A DNA stretch of 64,000 nucleotides from positions 347,634,001-347,698,000 of the forward strand of contig OZ024741.1 of NCBI GenBank assembly GCA_964016885.1, in the 5' to 3' direction. The notes under the pieces are model-generated. The model saw nothing but the letters and a program-made list of their open reading frames with translations, was not told where the DNA came from and made no database searches. The first letter of the stretch is position 1. Every line of letters starts with the position of its first letter. This DNA is from Eledone cirrhosa (lineage: Eukaryota). A program made the translations under genes and the position numbers. Below are positions 1 to 12,257 of the stretch, in pieces.

Positions 1-2030
1 TTTGAATATGTCGGGCGACATTCGCACCAGAACCAAATCTTCAAGCACGCGAAATGTGCTCGATTTAAAAATGTACCGCTTCTTTTTGTATATTTTCACT
101 TCGTGCTACGAGGGACAACAGTTCCTTGTTGGCCCTCCTGACGAGCACGATGTTTTGTATGTTTTGTTGGTGTGATTTTATTTGTTTGCGTGCCTGTGGT
201 GGTGATGGTTTTGGTGGTGTTGTTTCAGTTGTATCTGTGTTTGTTGTGAGTGCGATGTCTGTGGTTTCAGATGTTTGTGTGTATATTTGTTCTTGCGTCT
301 GTTTCGGTTGTTTGCGTTGGGGGGATTCTGGTGATAGGTGATGGTGGTGTTGATGTTGGTGTTATTGGAGAGATGTTTGCGTGGGTGGTCTCTGCGTTTT
401 TTAATGTGGGTGCTTTTGTGCTTTGTTGATTTTTTTTTTCTTTTTGTGTTTCCTGTTTTGTATTTTGGGGATTTTGGATTTCCCTCATCTTCACTACTGG
501 TAGATGAGAGGTCTGTGTCTGTAAGTGTGTTTGTATGTATGTTTAAGGTTTTATTGGTGTGTGTATTTTTTTTGGGGGGGGGGGGGGATTTGACAGATTT
601 CCTCGTTTCCCCCCTGGGTGGGCAATGTTGGTGGTGGTTTTTCTATTGGTGTTGTAATTGGTGGTTTTGCCGGTGCAGGTGTTGGTTGTGGTCCTCGCCC
701 TGGCGTCGGCAGCAGTGGAGCCTTTCGACCCCTTGCCTCTTTCAGCAGTTGAGGGCAGAAGGCTCGCAAATGGGTTTTTTCCTCACAAACAAAACTCTGC
801 GACCTTTTGCCTTCGGTCATAATGTGAATGACAGTCCCATTCTGAAGTCGGATATGGTCTGGGATTTTCTTCACATTCTCGGGCCTGATCTGGAGAAGGA
901 TCTCCAGGTCAACCCCGAACCAGTCCTCTCTGGCCGTTCTGGACACTTCTATAGGGACTGTATCCGCCCCACGCCCCCCACAATCACACATCCCAGATGC
1001 CACCACATGTCACGTCCTGGTGGGATTCTGGGAATGCGGAGACGGGCCGTTCTTTTTCCAAGTGGGAGGGGTACATTATGACCTTGCTGGTTTTGCAAGG
1101 AGTCATGGCGTGTTTCATCGCGAGGGCTTCTGACTTGAACAACACCGAAATGGTGCCGTACTGTCTGCTCCTCTCTATGTACTGTGTGTCTTCTCTGATG
1201 CACCTCAGCGCGACTTCAATATCTTCTTGTGCGATTAAAGCTGCCCTTTAAGTTTGTGCTGAGATGCATCTAAAATGCACCGTTTTGCGCTCCACTGCCT
1301 CAATAGCGTCTACCGGGACAGTTAAGTTGGCCCAAGTTTCCTCTTGCTTGATGAGCTTCCATGCCTGGGCCAACGTTTCATCTTTGTTTGAGAGGTCCAT
1401 GTTGAAGCATGGCCTCTTTTTTGCTGCTGCTGGAACGAAAGTGTTGTTGTTTTCGTTGGGGGTTTTGTTGACATTGTTCTTGTTGGTGTTGTTGTTAGCA
1501 CTTTTGCTGTTATCATTGTTGTCTTTGTTGCCACCGTTGTTCTCGGTGCAGTTGGTATTGTTGGTATTGGTGTTGTCGCTATTTGTTTTCATGTTAGTGG
1601 TGTTGATATTGTTGTTGTATTTGTTATTTTTTTTTTGTTATCTGTATTTTCGTTGTCGCTGTTACTGTCATCTTTTTCAAAATTAGAGTTCTTATTGGTA
1701 TCATTGGTATCTTTGTTTACCTTGTTTGTGGTGGTTGTTGTGTTATGAATGTGTGCTAATTTCGCTGTAGCGTCGTTGTCGCACGACAGCCGACATATAG
1801 CTGGGGGGCCTGGCTCAGCCATGTTATTCTTTTCCTTCGTAAATTTTTTTAACATGTACAAAAAAGTTCAAATATTTGGACCAAAAGGACCAAATATTAT
1901 ACTTTCCCCTTCACGGGGCAAAGTCTAAGGGCTTATATCCCTTACACAACAAGAAATATTTAACAACAAATAATTTAAACAGGCAAATAAAGCGACTTAC
2001 TGTGAGCGAGCAAAATACGTCCGGTTAAAC
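1..2030 (-). mobile_element. Tx1/L1-type LINE copy A: 5' UTR plus disrupted ORF1, continuing beyond the window start
   Basis: ORF1 ATG at 1822 (MAEPG). ORF pieces 1248-1592 and 551-1006 include a degenerate knuckle (SFVCEEKTHLRAFC) homologous to the other ORF1s. The 5' end abuts the (AAT)n tract at 2032. Confidence 0.8.
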
Positions 2031-2300
2031 CAATAATAATAACAATAATAATAATGCTTTCTTTATTAACCGCAAGGGTTTACATAAAGTAGACATTAAG
2101 GACAGTACAGGACAATACAGGACGGAAGAAATGGGCAGTTCCGTGTGTAAAAAAAACAGAGGATGTAATAAAAATAACAATGAAAAATTCACCAATAGAG
2201 GGGAGACTTCCGAAGGATATTTGTGGAGAAAGCCCATTAAAAGGCCACAGTGACCCTGACCACCAGTGCAAGTGCCCTCTCCCAATTTTCCACCTTTAAT

Positions 2301-4519
2301 TTACAGACACATACTCAGAGTAGGCCCATTCACTCGGGCCATACTTGCTTCTCTCACCCATATTTCAACAAAATGTTGGGAAGAGAGCACTTCCCTCTCT
2401 ACGCTGATTTTCCTTTTCAAATGAAATTTGAAAAAGTTAATCAGGGCATCACCGAAGAGGTAAGTGCTCGTCTTCAGCCCTTTCAAAAGTGTCCACCATA
2501 CTATCTCTTTCGCCATGGCCACCAGACAGATAAAAACTGCCTGTTCTGCCCTTCACGGCTAAAGGAGGAGGGTGGGGCAATTCTCACGATGGACTCAGCT
2601 GATAGCTGGATCCGTCATACACGTAACAGCAGGTGTTCGACATTAACCCACAAGTCAGCAATGCTCGGACACTGGGTGAGTGCGTGCAGAACGGTTTCGT
2701 CACCCTGCGCGCATCTCGGACATGCCCGGCTGACGGCACCTCCATGCCTGTAGAGTTTATCCTGAACTGGTAAAGCTTCTCGGTAGCACTGCCAGACCAG
2801 GGATTTCTGGAAGTTGTCCATAGGCCCCGGCCCGGAAGTCCTTCCGAAGAGATTGGCTAGTTGATTTTCTTCGATGCCTAGAGTTTCCCCAAGTACGTCG
2901 TCGCTCTTCCCCTCCATTAATCCTCTATAGAACGCCAAGGTGGAGTTTCCACCGACCACATTGCCCGTTGGTCGAGGGCTGTGAGCGCCTGAAGACATTC
3001 CACTCTCCAAGCGCTCCCTCTCGATCTTCGCTTGACCCAGGACTGCAGCTCCCTCAAGGAGACGAGCTGGAGAACGACGTGTCTAGCAAACGGCGACACA
3101 CCTGATCACCGTCGAGGAAGAAGTGGAGATGTCGTAGCCTGAGCGCCTCTCTGCGCATCATCAGCCACGGCATGCCCAGCCCTCCACGTAGCGTGTGTTG
3201 ACAGCAGATGGACCGCCTGATCATCGGAGCGCGTCCCTTGCACAAAAAGCGAAAGAGCAAACGCTCCAGCGCAGTCAGACGAGGCTTAGGACAAGGTAAG
3301 ACGGTCAGGCGGTAGTAGCCCGCCGCTGCCCCCGAACAGTTGAGAGAAGTGTCGCTGAAAAGCTTCACACATTTTCCCGGGATCGAGCAGTATGCGCCCG
3401 TCGTGGTCCACCAAAGACCGGATCGTAGCTTTGTTGCCACGACGCGCCTCCGCCACTCGGACCCATTGAACAGCTTTCGTCCCTTCGTATCTGAGAGCAC
3501 GCACCCTAGCTCTAACAACGCAGCCTTCGTGCTTTGCATTGAAGAATTGTTCAAGGGCCAATTTCGCCGAAAGTACGTCGGTCGCGATGCCTTTGCTAAG
3601 CGCCTCGTCTAATTTTCTAACTAATTCTCCCTCTCCTCTATGTTTCTCTATTGCTAAAGCCTTATTAAACCTAATGGACTCTATTCTAATTGTTCTTTTC
3701 AGAGCAAACCACCACTTGTTGTTTACGAAGTCCCCCGTCAACACCCGCTTAACTCGTTCGCTAATCCGGTCTCTGTAGGCCTTGCGCGCTGGTAGGGACG
3801 CGTTTAGCTTCCAGTAGTGAAGCCTATCTAAGTCAAGCACACAGATCACGAAATTGTGGCCCGTGTAGCTGACTATCTTGAAAGGTGGACAGCCTATGCT
3901 AGACCTATGTATTTCCCTACAAAATACTCTATCTAGATATGATCTGGATGACACTATACGATTTGTCCAAGTCCACATTGGCACATTCGGTAAATCCAAT
4001 CGGTACCTGTCAGACAGTTCAAAATGCCTGAGCAGGTTGGTGAGACTCTTACACCATCCTCCCCTATCCGCCAATCGCACATAGATCCCGTTCCAGTCGC
4101 CCCACTAACACTTAAGAGCGGGACGTTCCAAGAAATGTCTCCAGACGCCGGAAGAAATCAGGCCGCCCTGCTCCTGTCAGGGCATAGACGGCCACTAGCC
4201 TGAAAGCTTGCCCGTCTCCACTGTTCACATCCAGCACCACCAACTTACCTTCTGGGTCCAGGAAGATGGCCCGTATGGCGAGATCCAAACTTCTCCGAAA
4301 AAGCACAGCAACTCCTCCCCGCGATCCAGGACGGCTGGGAGATGCGTACACATCGTAGCCGCGGAAGATCGGTGTGAAGGCCCGTGCTTCGTAGAATCTG
4401 GTCTCGCTGATGGCCACTACATCTATGTTTAGTGACCTGAGGTCGTTGAGCAGGTGGCCCTGCTTCCATGCCGACCCCAAGCCACGCGCATTTATGCTGC
4501 CTATTCTGAGTGAGGTCAT
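2301..4519 (-). pseudogene. Tx1-type ORF2: APE endonuclease, linker and C-terminal CCHC region, with RT deleted at about 3318
   Basis: MTSLRIGSINARGL, VVAISET and SRSYLDRVF endonuclease motifs; CPRCAQGDETVLHALTQCP zinc knuckle; frameshifts and stops. Confidence 0.9.
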
Positions 4520-4951
4520 GTTGAAATGGAGTGGAAAAGATGGGAAAGACCACTTACCTTACTTCTCGTAGAGGAAGGATGGTTTATCCATCCTTTTCAC
4601 TGCTTGTGGCCTCCTCAGGAAGGATGTCCTTATAAATCCTCCTGGAGAGTGCTTATCGGAAGTCTCCGATGTCTTTGGGGAATTTTTGTTTTAGTGTCGT
4701 GTACATTTTCTGTGTGATGCGAGTGATTTGTATGTGTGGAGGCGGTGTGAACTTTTGGGTTGTTGTGTAGTCTTTATCTGTGAAGCTGGTGTTGTGTTGG
4801 ATGTAGTGTAATAATTGGTTGTTGTTCAAATTTAATGCTGTGTAGTGTGTATCGTTTTGGTTGTTTTGTTTTGTTTGTGTTTGTTGTGGGTTTGTTTCTC
4901 TTTCGCTTTTTGGTGACTTTTGTGGTGTAGGTGATGGTGGTGTTGGGGTTA

Positions 4952-5138
4952 ATAATTGTTTCTAGTTTTGGCACAAGGCCAGCAACTACCCAGTGTATTA
5001 CTGGTACTTTATTTTATCAACCCCATAAGGATGAAAGGCAAAGTTAACCTCGGCGGGATTTGAACTCAGAATGGCAAGGGCCGTAACTCTATACATCAAA
5101 GCATGGCGTCCGACCCTCTACCGTTACTGCCAATCCAA
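4952..5138 (-). mobile_element. tRNA-derived SINE inserted in ORF1 of copy B
   Basis: A box TGGCAGTAACGG, B box GAGTTCAAATCC and a TTA-type tail. Absent at the homologous site in copy D (about 19845). Confidence 0.9.
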
Positions 5139-6311
5139 TGGTGATGGTGTTGGTGGTTGGGGTGATGGGGTTTGTGATGCTGGTTTGATGGTGGCATATC
5201 TGTCCTAGCTTTTTTGTTTGATAGTTTATTTGTTTCCCTCTGTATTTTGTTTTTGGAGGGGGAAGGAAGAGAATTTTTTTCTTTTTTGGTTTCTTTTTTT
5301 CTTTTTTCCTGATACCGTTTCCCACACGTCGTCACAATCTGTCTCCAGTTGTGATTAGCCGGGGAGTGGAAAATCCTCCACAGTCGTTAGTTTTGGTTGT
5401 GGTGTGCTGGATGGTGTAGGCGCTGGTGCTAGTTCTGGCGCGTTGTTGGTTTTGCTACTGTTGCTGGGGTTGTTGCTGTTATAGTTGCTTCTGTTGTTGC
5501 TGCTACAGTTATTGTTGCCATCTCTGCTGCTGGTGGTGTTGATGGTTAAGTCACTGGGGTCGGTAGGAGAGGTGGCCTCAATCTTTTAGCCTGAGGGCAG
5601 AAAGCCCTTAGGTGGGTTCCTTCACCACAAACGACACACCTAGCATTTCTGCCCTCGACAATGACGGTGAGGTGGCTGCCGTCAGTGAGGTCTATTACCT
5701 CTGGGATCTCCTCAATGCTTTATTGGTCCGCTTGGATCAGGAGCTCCATCCCAGATCCGGACCAGTTCTCCTGCTTTTCTTTCGCTATTTCGATTATCTT
5801 GGTGTTGGCTTCGATGCCGGCGAGGAGGGCAGCTATTAGCCAGGGAATTTCGATGGTCGGTTGAACGTGGGTGACCCTGATCTTTACGAGTCTCTGGCTA
5901 CAATAGCTTGGGACGACTGTGGTGTTTCAAAGAACACGTCCACGGTTCCATACTTCTGCCCACGTCTGATGTGGTTTTTTTTGCCCACACATGTCTCAAA
6001 GCTTTTTGGATTTGGGACTCAGATGCCCGTTCCACTTGGCGCGATGTTATATTAATTGTTCGATAAGACACGGTGCATAGGCGCCGATGCTACATTTTAT
6101 TATGTGGGGGAGGAGGGGGAGGCTGACCCTGTACCCATCTTTCTTTACCATTTTTTTGGCTTCTTCTAATTCCTCCCGAGTTACCTGAAATGCTTCGCAC
6201 TGTTTTGCTACTCTGGCAAAACTCAGGGTGGTTTTCTTAATTTCATTGTTGCTGTTGTTGTTATCGTTATTTTTGTATGATAATTATAAAAGTTTAAATT
6301 TTGGGCTCAAG

Positions 6312-8707
6312 GCCCCAAGCCACGCGCATTTATGCTGCCTATTCTGAGTGAGGTCATGTTTAAAATAGAGTGGAAAAGATGGGAAAGACCACTTACCGTA
6401 CTTTTGGTAGAGGAGGGATGGTTTTTACATCCCTTTTCACTTGATCGTCTGGTGAAGGGACCGTTGAATCGTCCCTTCGGCTGGTCGTCGGCTCTTCTAT
6501 GAGAATGTCTGAATATACTCTTCGATTGATAGTTCCTCCTAGGTCCCTGAAATCACCAACTGCGTTGGGGAATTTCGTTTTAATGTTTGTGTATTGTTTC
6601 TGTGCTATCCTTACCAGTCTTATGTTAGTTGGCGTTTTGATTGGTGCTGGTATTATGTAGTCGTGTTGTGAAATGTCTGTGTGTTCAATTATGTAAGTCA
6701 TTAGTTTCTTGTTGTGTGTATTTAATGCCGTGCATTTGTTTTTCTGGGGGTGGGGTGTGGTTCTGCTATTTTCTTGTCGTTGTTGCTGGGTGTGTGTTTT
6801 GTTGTTGTGTTTGCGATGTTGGTGCTTGTGGTGGTGGTGTTGAAGGTGTTGTTGGCGGTGGGGTTGTCGCCGGTGGTGATGGTGGTGCTAGTTTGGGTGG
6901 TGATGGTGTTGGTGGTGTTGCTGCTGTGGGTCTCTTTGCAGTAGACTTTACCCTTTTCTTATATCTTTCCTCCCTTTTCAAAGGCGACGATGCGCTGCTT
7001 CTGCGTTTGTGCCTTCTTACGACCTTTTGCCATCCCTCTCCCACCTCACACTCCATGTCTGATTCTGTGAGGTCGGGGAGGGTTACCAGCTCCAGACTTT
7101 CACTTGTTGTTGTTGGTGATGTTTGCACTGGAGTCTCTGTTGCAGCTGCATTTGGTATTGCTGTTGTTGTTGTTAATATTTCCACTGCTGCTGCTGTTTT
7201 TGATTTCCGTGGCGTGGGTATGGGTGCCATGGACCTATAGTTCCTGGTTGCCGCTTGTCCTGTTGCTGGTAGCCGTGGAGCCGGTTTCGGAAGGAAGGGG
7301 GTTTTCTCCTTTCTCAGGGTCTTCTCGTTGCAGAAGGCCCTGAGGTGAGTCTTCGATCCACAGCGAAAGCATTTCGGGCGTTTTCCCTCAACACTTATGG
7401 GCAGTTGAGTGCCGTTATCGAAGTCTATCACATCCGGGATAGCTTCGATGCACTCCTGGTTGGTTTGGATTAGCATCTCAATGGAGGTGCCGACCCAATC
7501 TTCTCTTACTTTTTTCTGTACTTGCAGTACAGTTGTTTTGTCCTCGATTCCGACGAGGACAGACGCGGCCAGCCAAGAAGGGGCCATCCCGGGGGGGGGG
7601 GGGGGCGTGGGTCAGTTTGACCCTCACAGTTTTTTTTACCCGCAGTAGGAGGGCACCAACACCATTTCCTCGCTCCTTAGGCTCACTACGGATTGGGCCT
7701 TTGCCTCCTGGGGTGTGGCAAAAAGTACGTCTACGGTGGCATATTTTTTGCCTCGGGTGATGTGCGTTTTCCGCTGCCACACAGACCACAAGGCTTTTTG
7801 TATTTGAGCTTCTGTGGCTCTTTCCACCCTACGGGATTTTGTACTTACTGTACGGTACGTGACCGTACAGTGCTGTTGGGTTTCGAGAAATTTTTCCGCT
7901 GCCTTGCAGATTGCTGGGTGTGCGGTCTTTGTCACCATCTTCTTCGCTTCCTCTAATTCCTCATTTGTTATGAGGATTGTTTCCAAGTGTTTCGCAATAC
8001 CTGCAAATGAGATTGGTTTTTCTTTGCTGCTGTTGTTGTTGTTGTTGTCGTCAGAGCTGCTGTTACTTTTGTTGTTGCTGCAGGTACTACGACTACTGCC
8101 TCCGCCGCTGTTGCTGTGGTTGTTGTTGGTGTTGCTGCTGCTAATGCTGTTGTTGTTTATGCTGCTGGTGATGCTGTTGCGGCTGCTACTGTTGTTTTCA
8201 TTGTCACATTACGGCTGCTACTGCTATTATTCCTGACGTCAGACGAATGAACTGGGTTTTCGTATTTCCCGCACACCTGTTTCGTCACTGTCGTCGTCGT
8301 CGTGGAGAAACCTTGCACGCTTTGCACGAGACTTTTCTTTTCTTTCGTCGCTTGCGAAAGAGAAGGGAGGGAGAGAGACACATTTAAAGAAGGGAGGGAG
8401 AGAGACAATCTTATCTCTGCTGTAGTGACGATTGAGGAAGAAGAAGACGGAATGAGTGGGAGTGATCTATGAAAATTCTTTTTCGTAGCCATGTTGTTTT
8501 TTTGTTTAAAATAAATATTGGGCACAAAACCCCAATAAGCAGTTATTTAACCCCGAAGGGCCAAATAACGGGCAGAAAGACGCCTCTCACGAGGAGGAGG
8601 GTGTTTTTGTCTACAAGTTGGTTACAGTTTTAAACAATTTACAATTGTTATAGCGTTAGAAATGTACAATACCTTACAGAGCCGAGCCTCCGTCAACCAT
8701 AGCATTC
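6312..8707 (-). mobile_element. Tx1/L1-type LINE copy C: 5' UTR, ORF1 and only the first codons of ORF2
   Basis: 5' end at the (AAT)n tract at 8708. ORF2 start at 6357 is nearly identical to 4519. Fused to the copy B 5' UTR through CCCCAA. Confidence 0.85.
6393..8492 (-). pseudogene. ORF1 (RRM-like region, CCHC knuckle, Pro/Thr-rich tail), frameshifted
   Basis: CFRCGSKTHLRAFC (C-X2-C-X4-H-X4-C), RGKKYATVDVLFATP and WQKVVRRHKRR motifs; frameshift near the poly-G at about 7591. Confidence 0.85.
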
Positions 8708-8760
<53 letters not shown>

Positions 8761-8776
8761 GAAGAAGAAGAAGAAG
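8708..8776. repeat. (AAT)n(AAG)n microsatellite
   Basis: Directly visible; separates copy C from the R4-type element. Confidence 0.95.
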
Positions 8777-11413
8777 TAACTTCTACAGAAAAATTGTCAA
8801 GTCAACAATAACTGCTAAATCAATACCACCCAAGGAGGAAGTGCAAGAATTCTGGGAAAAGATCTGGGCCGAAGAAAATGTTCATAATATACATGCTCCA
8901 TGGATAGACAGACAAATGAAAGATACAGCTCACCATGAGGAACAAATATGGGAAAATATAACAGTTGAACAGTTGCGCTTGGCTCTAAGAAAAACCAGCA
9001 AATGGAAATCCCCAGGAAAAGACTAAATACCAAATGTTTGGATGAATGCCTTCAGAGAGTCTCATGAGCTGTTAGCCCAACTTTACAATGAAATAGTTAA
9101 GGAGCCAGAAAAGATACCATCATGGCTAGTTAACGGCATTACATTCCTGCTTCCGAAGAATGATGAGACAGACAATCCCAAAACTTACAGACCGATAACT
9201 TGCTTGAACAAAATGTATAAAATTTTAACATCAGTCCTAACTGAATATACATATGACCACTTGATAACAAATCATCTATTTCCCATTGAGCAGAAAGGGT
9301 GTAAACGACGCTCATATGGCTGTAAGGATCAGCTTTTGGTTAACAAAATGATACTGGAAGATTGTCATAATAGACACACAAATCTATCAAATGCTTGGAT
9401 AGATTATACAAAAGCATTCGATAGTGTTGCCACACAGTTGGGTTGAAAAATGTTTAGAGATTTTCAAAATATCTTCCGTTGTCAGGAGGTTCCTGTCATT
9501 CAGTATGAAGACATGGAAAACGACACTCCTTTTGAATAGTGAAAAAAAAATCACTGGAAGATGGAGAAGTTAATATTAATTGTGGAATTTTTCAGGGTGA
9601 CTCTTTATCACCGCTTTTATTCTGCATCGCACTTATACCATTAAGTAAAATGCTCAATGAAACAAAACATGGATATAAAGTCTATGACAAAACTATTATT
9701 CACTTGTTCTACATGGATGACCTGATACTATTTGCAAAAAATAAAGAACAATTGCAAGGGCTATTATCCACCGTGGAGCAGTTCAATGATGACATTAAAA
9801 TGGAGTTTGGACTAGATAAATGCGCCAAAGCAACGTTCACCAGAGGAAAGCTGCTGAAAATTTCAGACATTAATCTTGATCGGGGGAATGTGATAAGAGA
9901 ACTTGATCAAGAGGAAACTTACAAATATCTAGGTGTTTGTGAAGGAGACGGAATAAAGCACTCGGCAATGATGGAAAGGATAGGGAAGGAATGTTACCGC
10001 AGAGTAAGAGCAAACTTAAGAACGGAATTGAATGCAAGGAATAGGATCGATGCCATAAACACGCTTGCCATACCAGTAGTAACCTACAGTTACATTGTCA
10101 TCAACTGGTCAAGCACAGAGATCCGTAAGCTCGATACAAAAATTAGAAAATGATTAACCATGCACAGAATGCATCACCCTCAGGCAGATACAGATAGAAT
10201 ATATCTCCTTAGGAAAGAGGTAGGACGTGGGTTTATCCAGTTAGATATTGCGTTGAAAACTGCAACAATTGGATTATCCACATATCTAAGGGAATCACAT
10301 GATTGGATAATCAAACTCGTTTTGAAACACGAAAGCATCAAAAGATCATACTCCATTATAAAAGATGCACAAAGATACAGTAATGGACTACAAATTTCAG
10401 AAGTCCCATTTACTGCTGAAATGGAAAACACAGAAAAAGCAAAGCAGGTAAAAGTAACTGCAAAGAAAGAACTGTTACAGGAACTGGCTAAGAAATGGTA
10501 AGAAAAGCCTCTGTATGGAAAATACCCAGAAAGAGTTAACAATCCTGATGTTGACAAAACTTTATCCCATCAGTGGTTGGCATCCTCTGGACCGAAATCG
10601 GAGACTGAAGGACTGATTATATCAACACAAGATCAGTGTCTGCCAACAAAAAAAGTACCAAGCCAACATAATAAAAAATGGATGCAACCCATTACGCCGT
10701 GATGTAAAAAACAACCAGAGACCATTGATCATATAATTTCAATGTGGAGTCCTATAGCTCCAACCGAATACCTAAACAGGCATGACAGAGCTGCACAATA
10801 TATAGATTGGATAATGTGTAAGCATTTTGACCTGTCCCATCAAAAGTATTGGTGGGAGCAACAACCACCTCCCATACTTGAAAAAGATCACATCTCAATC
10901 TTGTGGAAATTTAGCATCCAAACAGACGGAAAAGTAGGTGCAAATATACCTGATATAATACTGAAGGACTTTAAAAAGAGGGTATGCCTGCTAATTGATA
11001 TGTCCGTTGGAATAGACAAGAATGTATCTATAAAAAACATTTGAAACATTGAGCAAGTATAAAGACTTGCAGATAGAAAATGGAAAAATGTGGAAATTGA
11101 GAACTAAAACAATACCAGTGGTTGTAGGCGCTCTAGGAATGATACCTAAGGTGTCTAATGATTACTTATCGCAAATCCCAGGATACCTGCGTATAGGAGA
11201 AATACAAAAGATAATACTAATGGGAACTGCCCATATACTAAGGAAGATTCTGTCAATATAAATACCTCACAAGTCTAAACACCTAAAGATGCATGTGTGT
11301 GTATGTATGTTCTTCCTTGAACATGGCGGACCTTGTTGTCTGTTGAGGTCTCTGGTTATGACTTGGTGATAACTCGTATGAACATAAAGCAAGATAAATG
11401 CAACTATAATAAT

Positions 11414-11415
<2 letters not shown>
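8777..11415 (+). mobile_element. 5'-truncated R4/Dong-type RLE non-LTR retrotransposon (RT plus restriction-like endonuclease), pseudogenised
   Basis: KSPG, YRPITCL, AWIDYTKAFDSV, GIFQGDSLSPLLF and HLFYMDDL RT motifs; RHD, PDII..D and KYKDL RLE motifs; ORF ends at 11261; (AAT)n on both sides. Confidence 0.9.
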
Positions 11416-11469
<54 letters not shown>

Positions 11470-11552
11470 TAATAATAATGCTTTCTTTATTAAACACAAT
11501 GGTTTACATAAAGTAGACATTAAGGACAGTACAGGACAATACAGGACAGTAC
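11416..11552 (-). mobile_element. (AAT)n tract followed by an approximately 70-bp 3' tip of the Tx1 family
   Basis: 11480-11548 matches 2056-2123. Confidence 0.85.
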
Positions 11553-11556
11553 AAAT

Positions 11557-12185
11557 GTTAACTCCTAGAATTAACGATTAACTGATTAATTTAATTAGAC
11601 AATTCTATTGATTGATTAATTGTTTATGTTTGATAACTTCTGGTTGAGTGCTTAATTCGGTTTGTGTAAGGGAATTTCATTCCTTTGTCTCAAATTTCGC
11701 ATTTACCGCCAAAACGCGGTTATCTCCCTTTCAGAAAACCACGTGTCTATAGCCAAATTTACTGCTAGAAAAGACACCCGCTGAGGCTATAGAACGCAAG
11801 ACTTGTTGCCGAAGTAAATCCTTTGTTCTGTCGTCAAAGGCAATTAACTTGCAGACCCCTGCAAGCGGAATTAGTCGATCTCGGATTTACAGAAACCTAG
11901 CGTGGATGCTGTATGTTATATGTGATGTATATCGTATGCTATACGATATGCGTTATGTGTTGCATTCGATCTCCGTGTGATGATCCAGGTCAGTCAAAAC
12001 CTTTCCCTGAGTTCAGTCTTTTTCGTTGCTATGGCAATGCGGCTGGACTGCCGGTCGCTATATTTGATTTGCAAAGCTGCCTAAACGGGGTAATATTCTC
12101 CATCGAGTGCTAAAGCTACATTCCGAATCTGCATTCGTTAGCTTAGCCGCAGCCTAAAGCTTCGTTAATGCTGTACTAAAATTTG
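11557..12185. repeat. Unclassified interspersed repeat
   Basis: 11557-11660 is the reverse complement of about 37270-37372. Confidence 0.6.
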
Positions 12186-12257
12186 TATATATATATATAT
12201 ATCAATATAAAGAGAAAGAGAGAGGGGTGAGAGAGATGTACGTATATATATATATAT

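Larger units (their letters stand above)
2031..6316 (-). mobile_element. Tx1/L1-type LINE copy B with RT domain deleted and a SINE in ORF1
   Basis: 3' end reads AATAAAGAAAGC then (TTA)n. ORF1 remnants at about 4553-6277. Near-identical to copy D (16565-21595) except for deletions. Confidence 0.9.
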
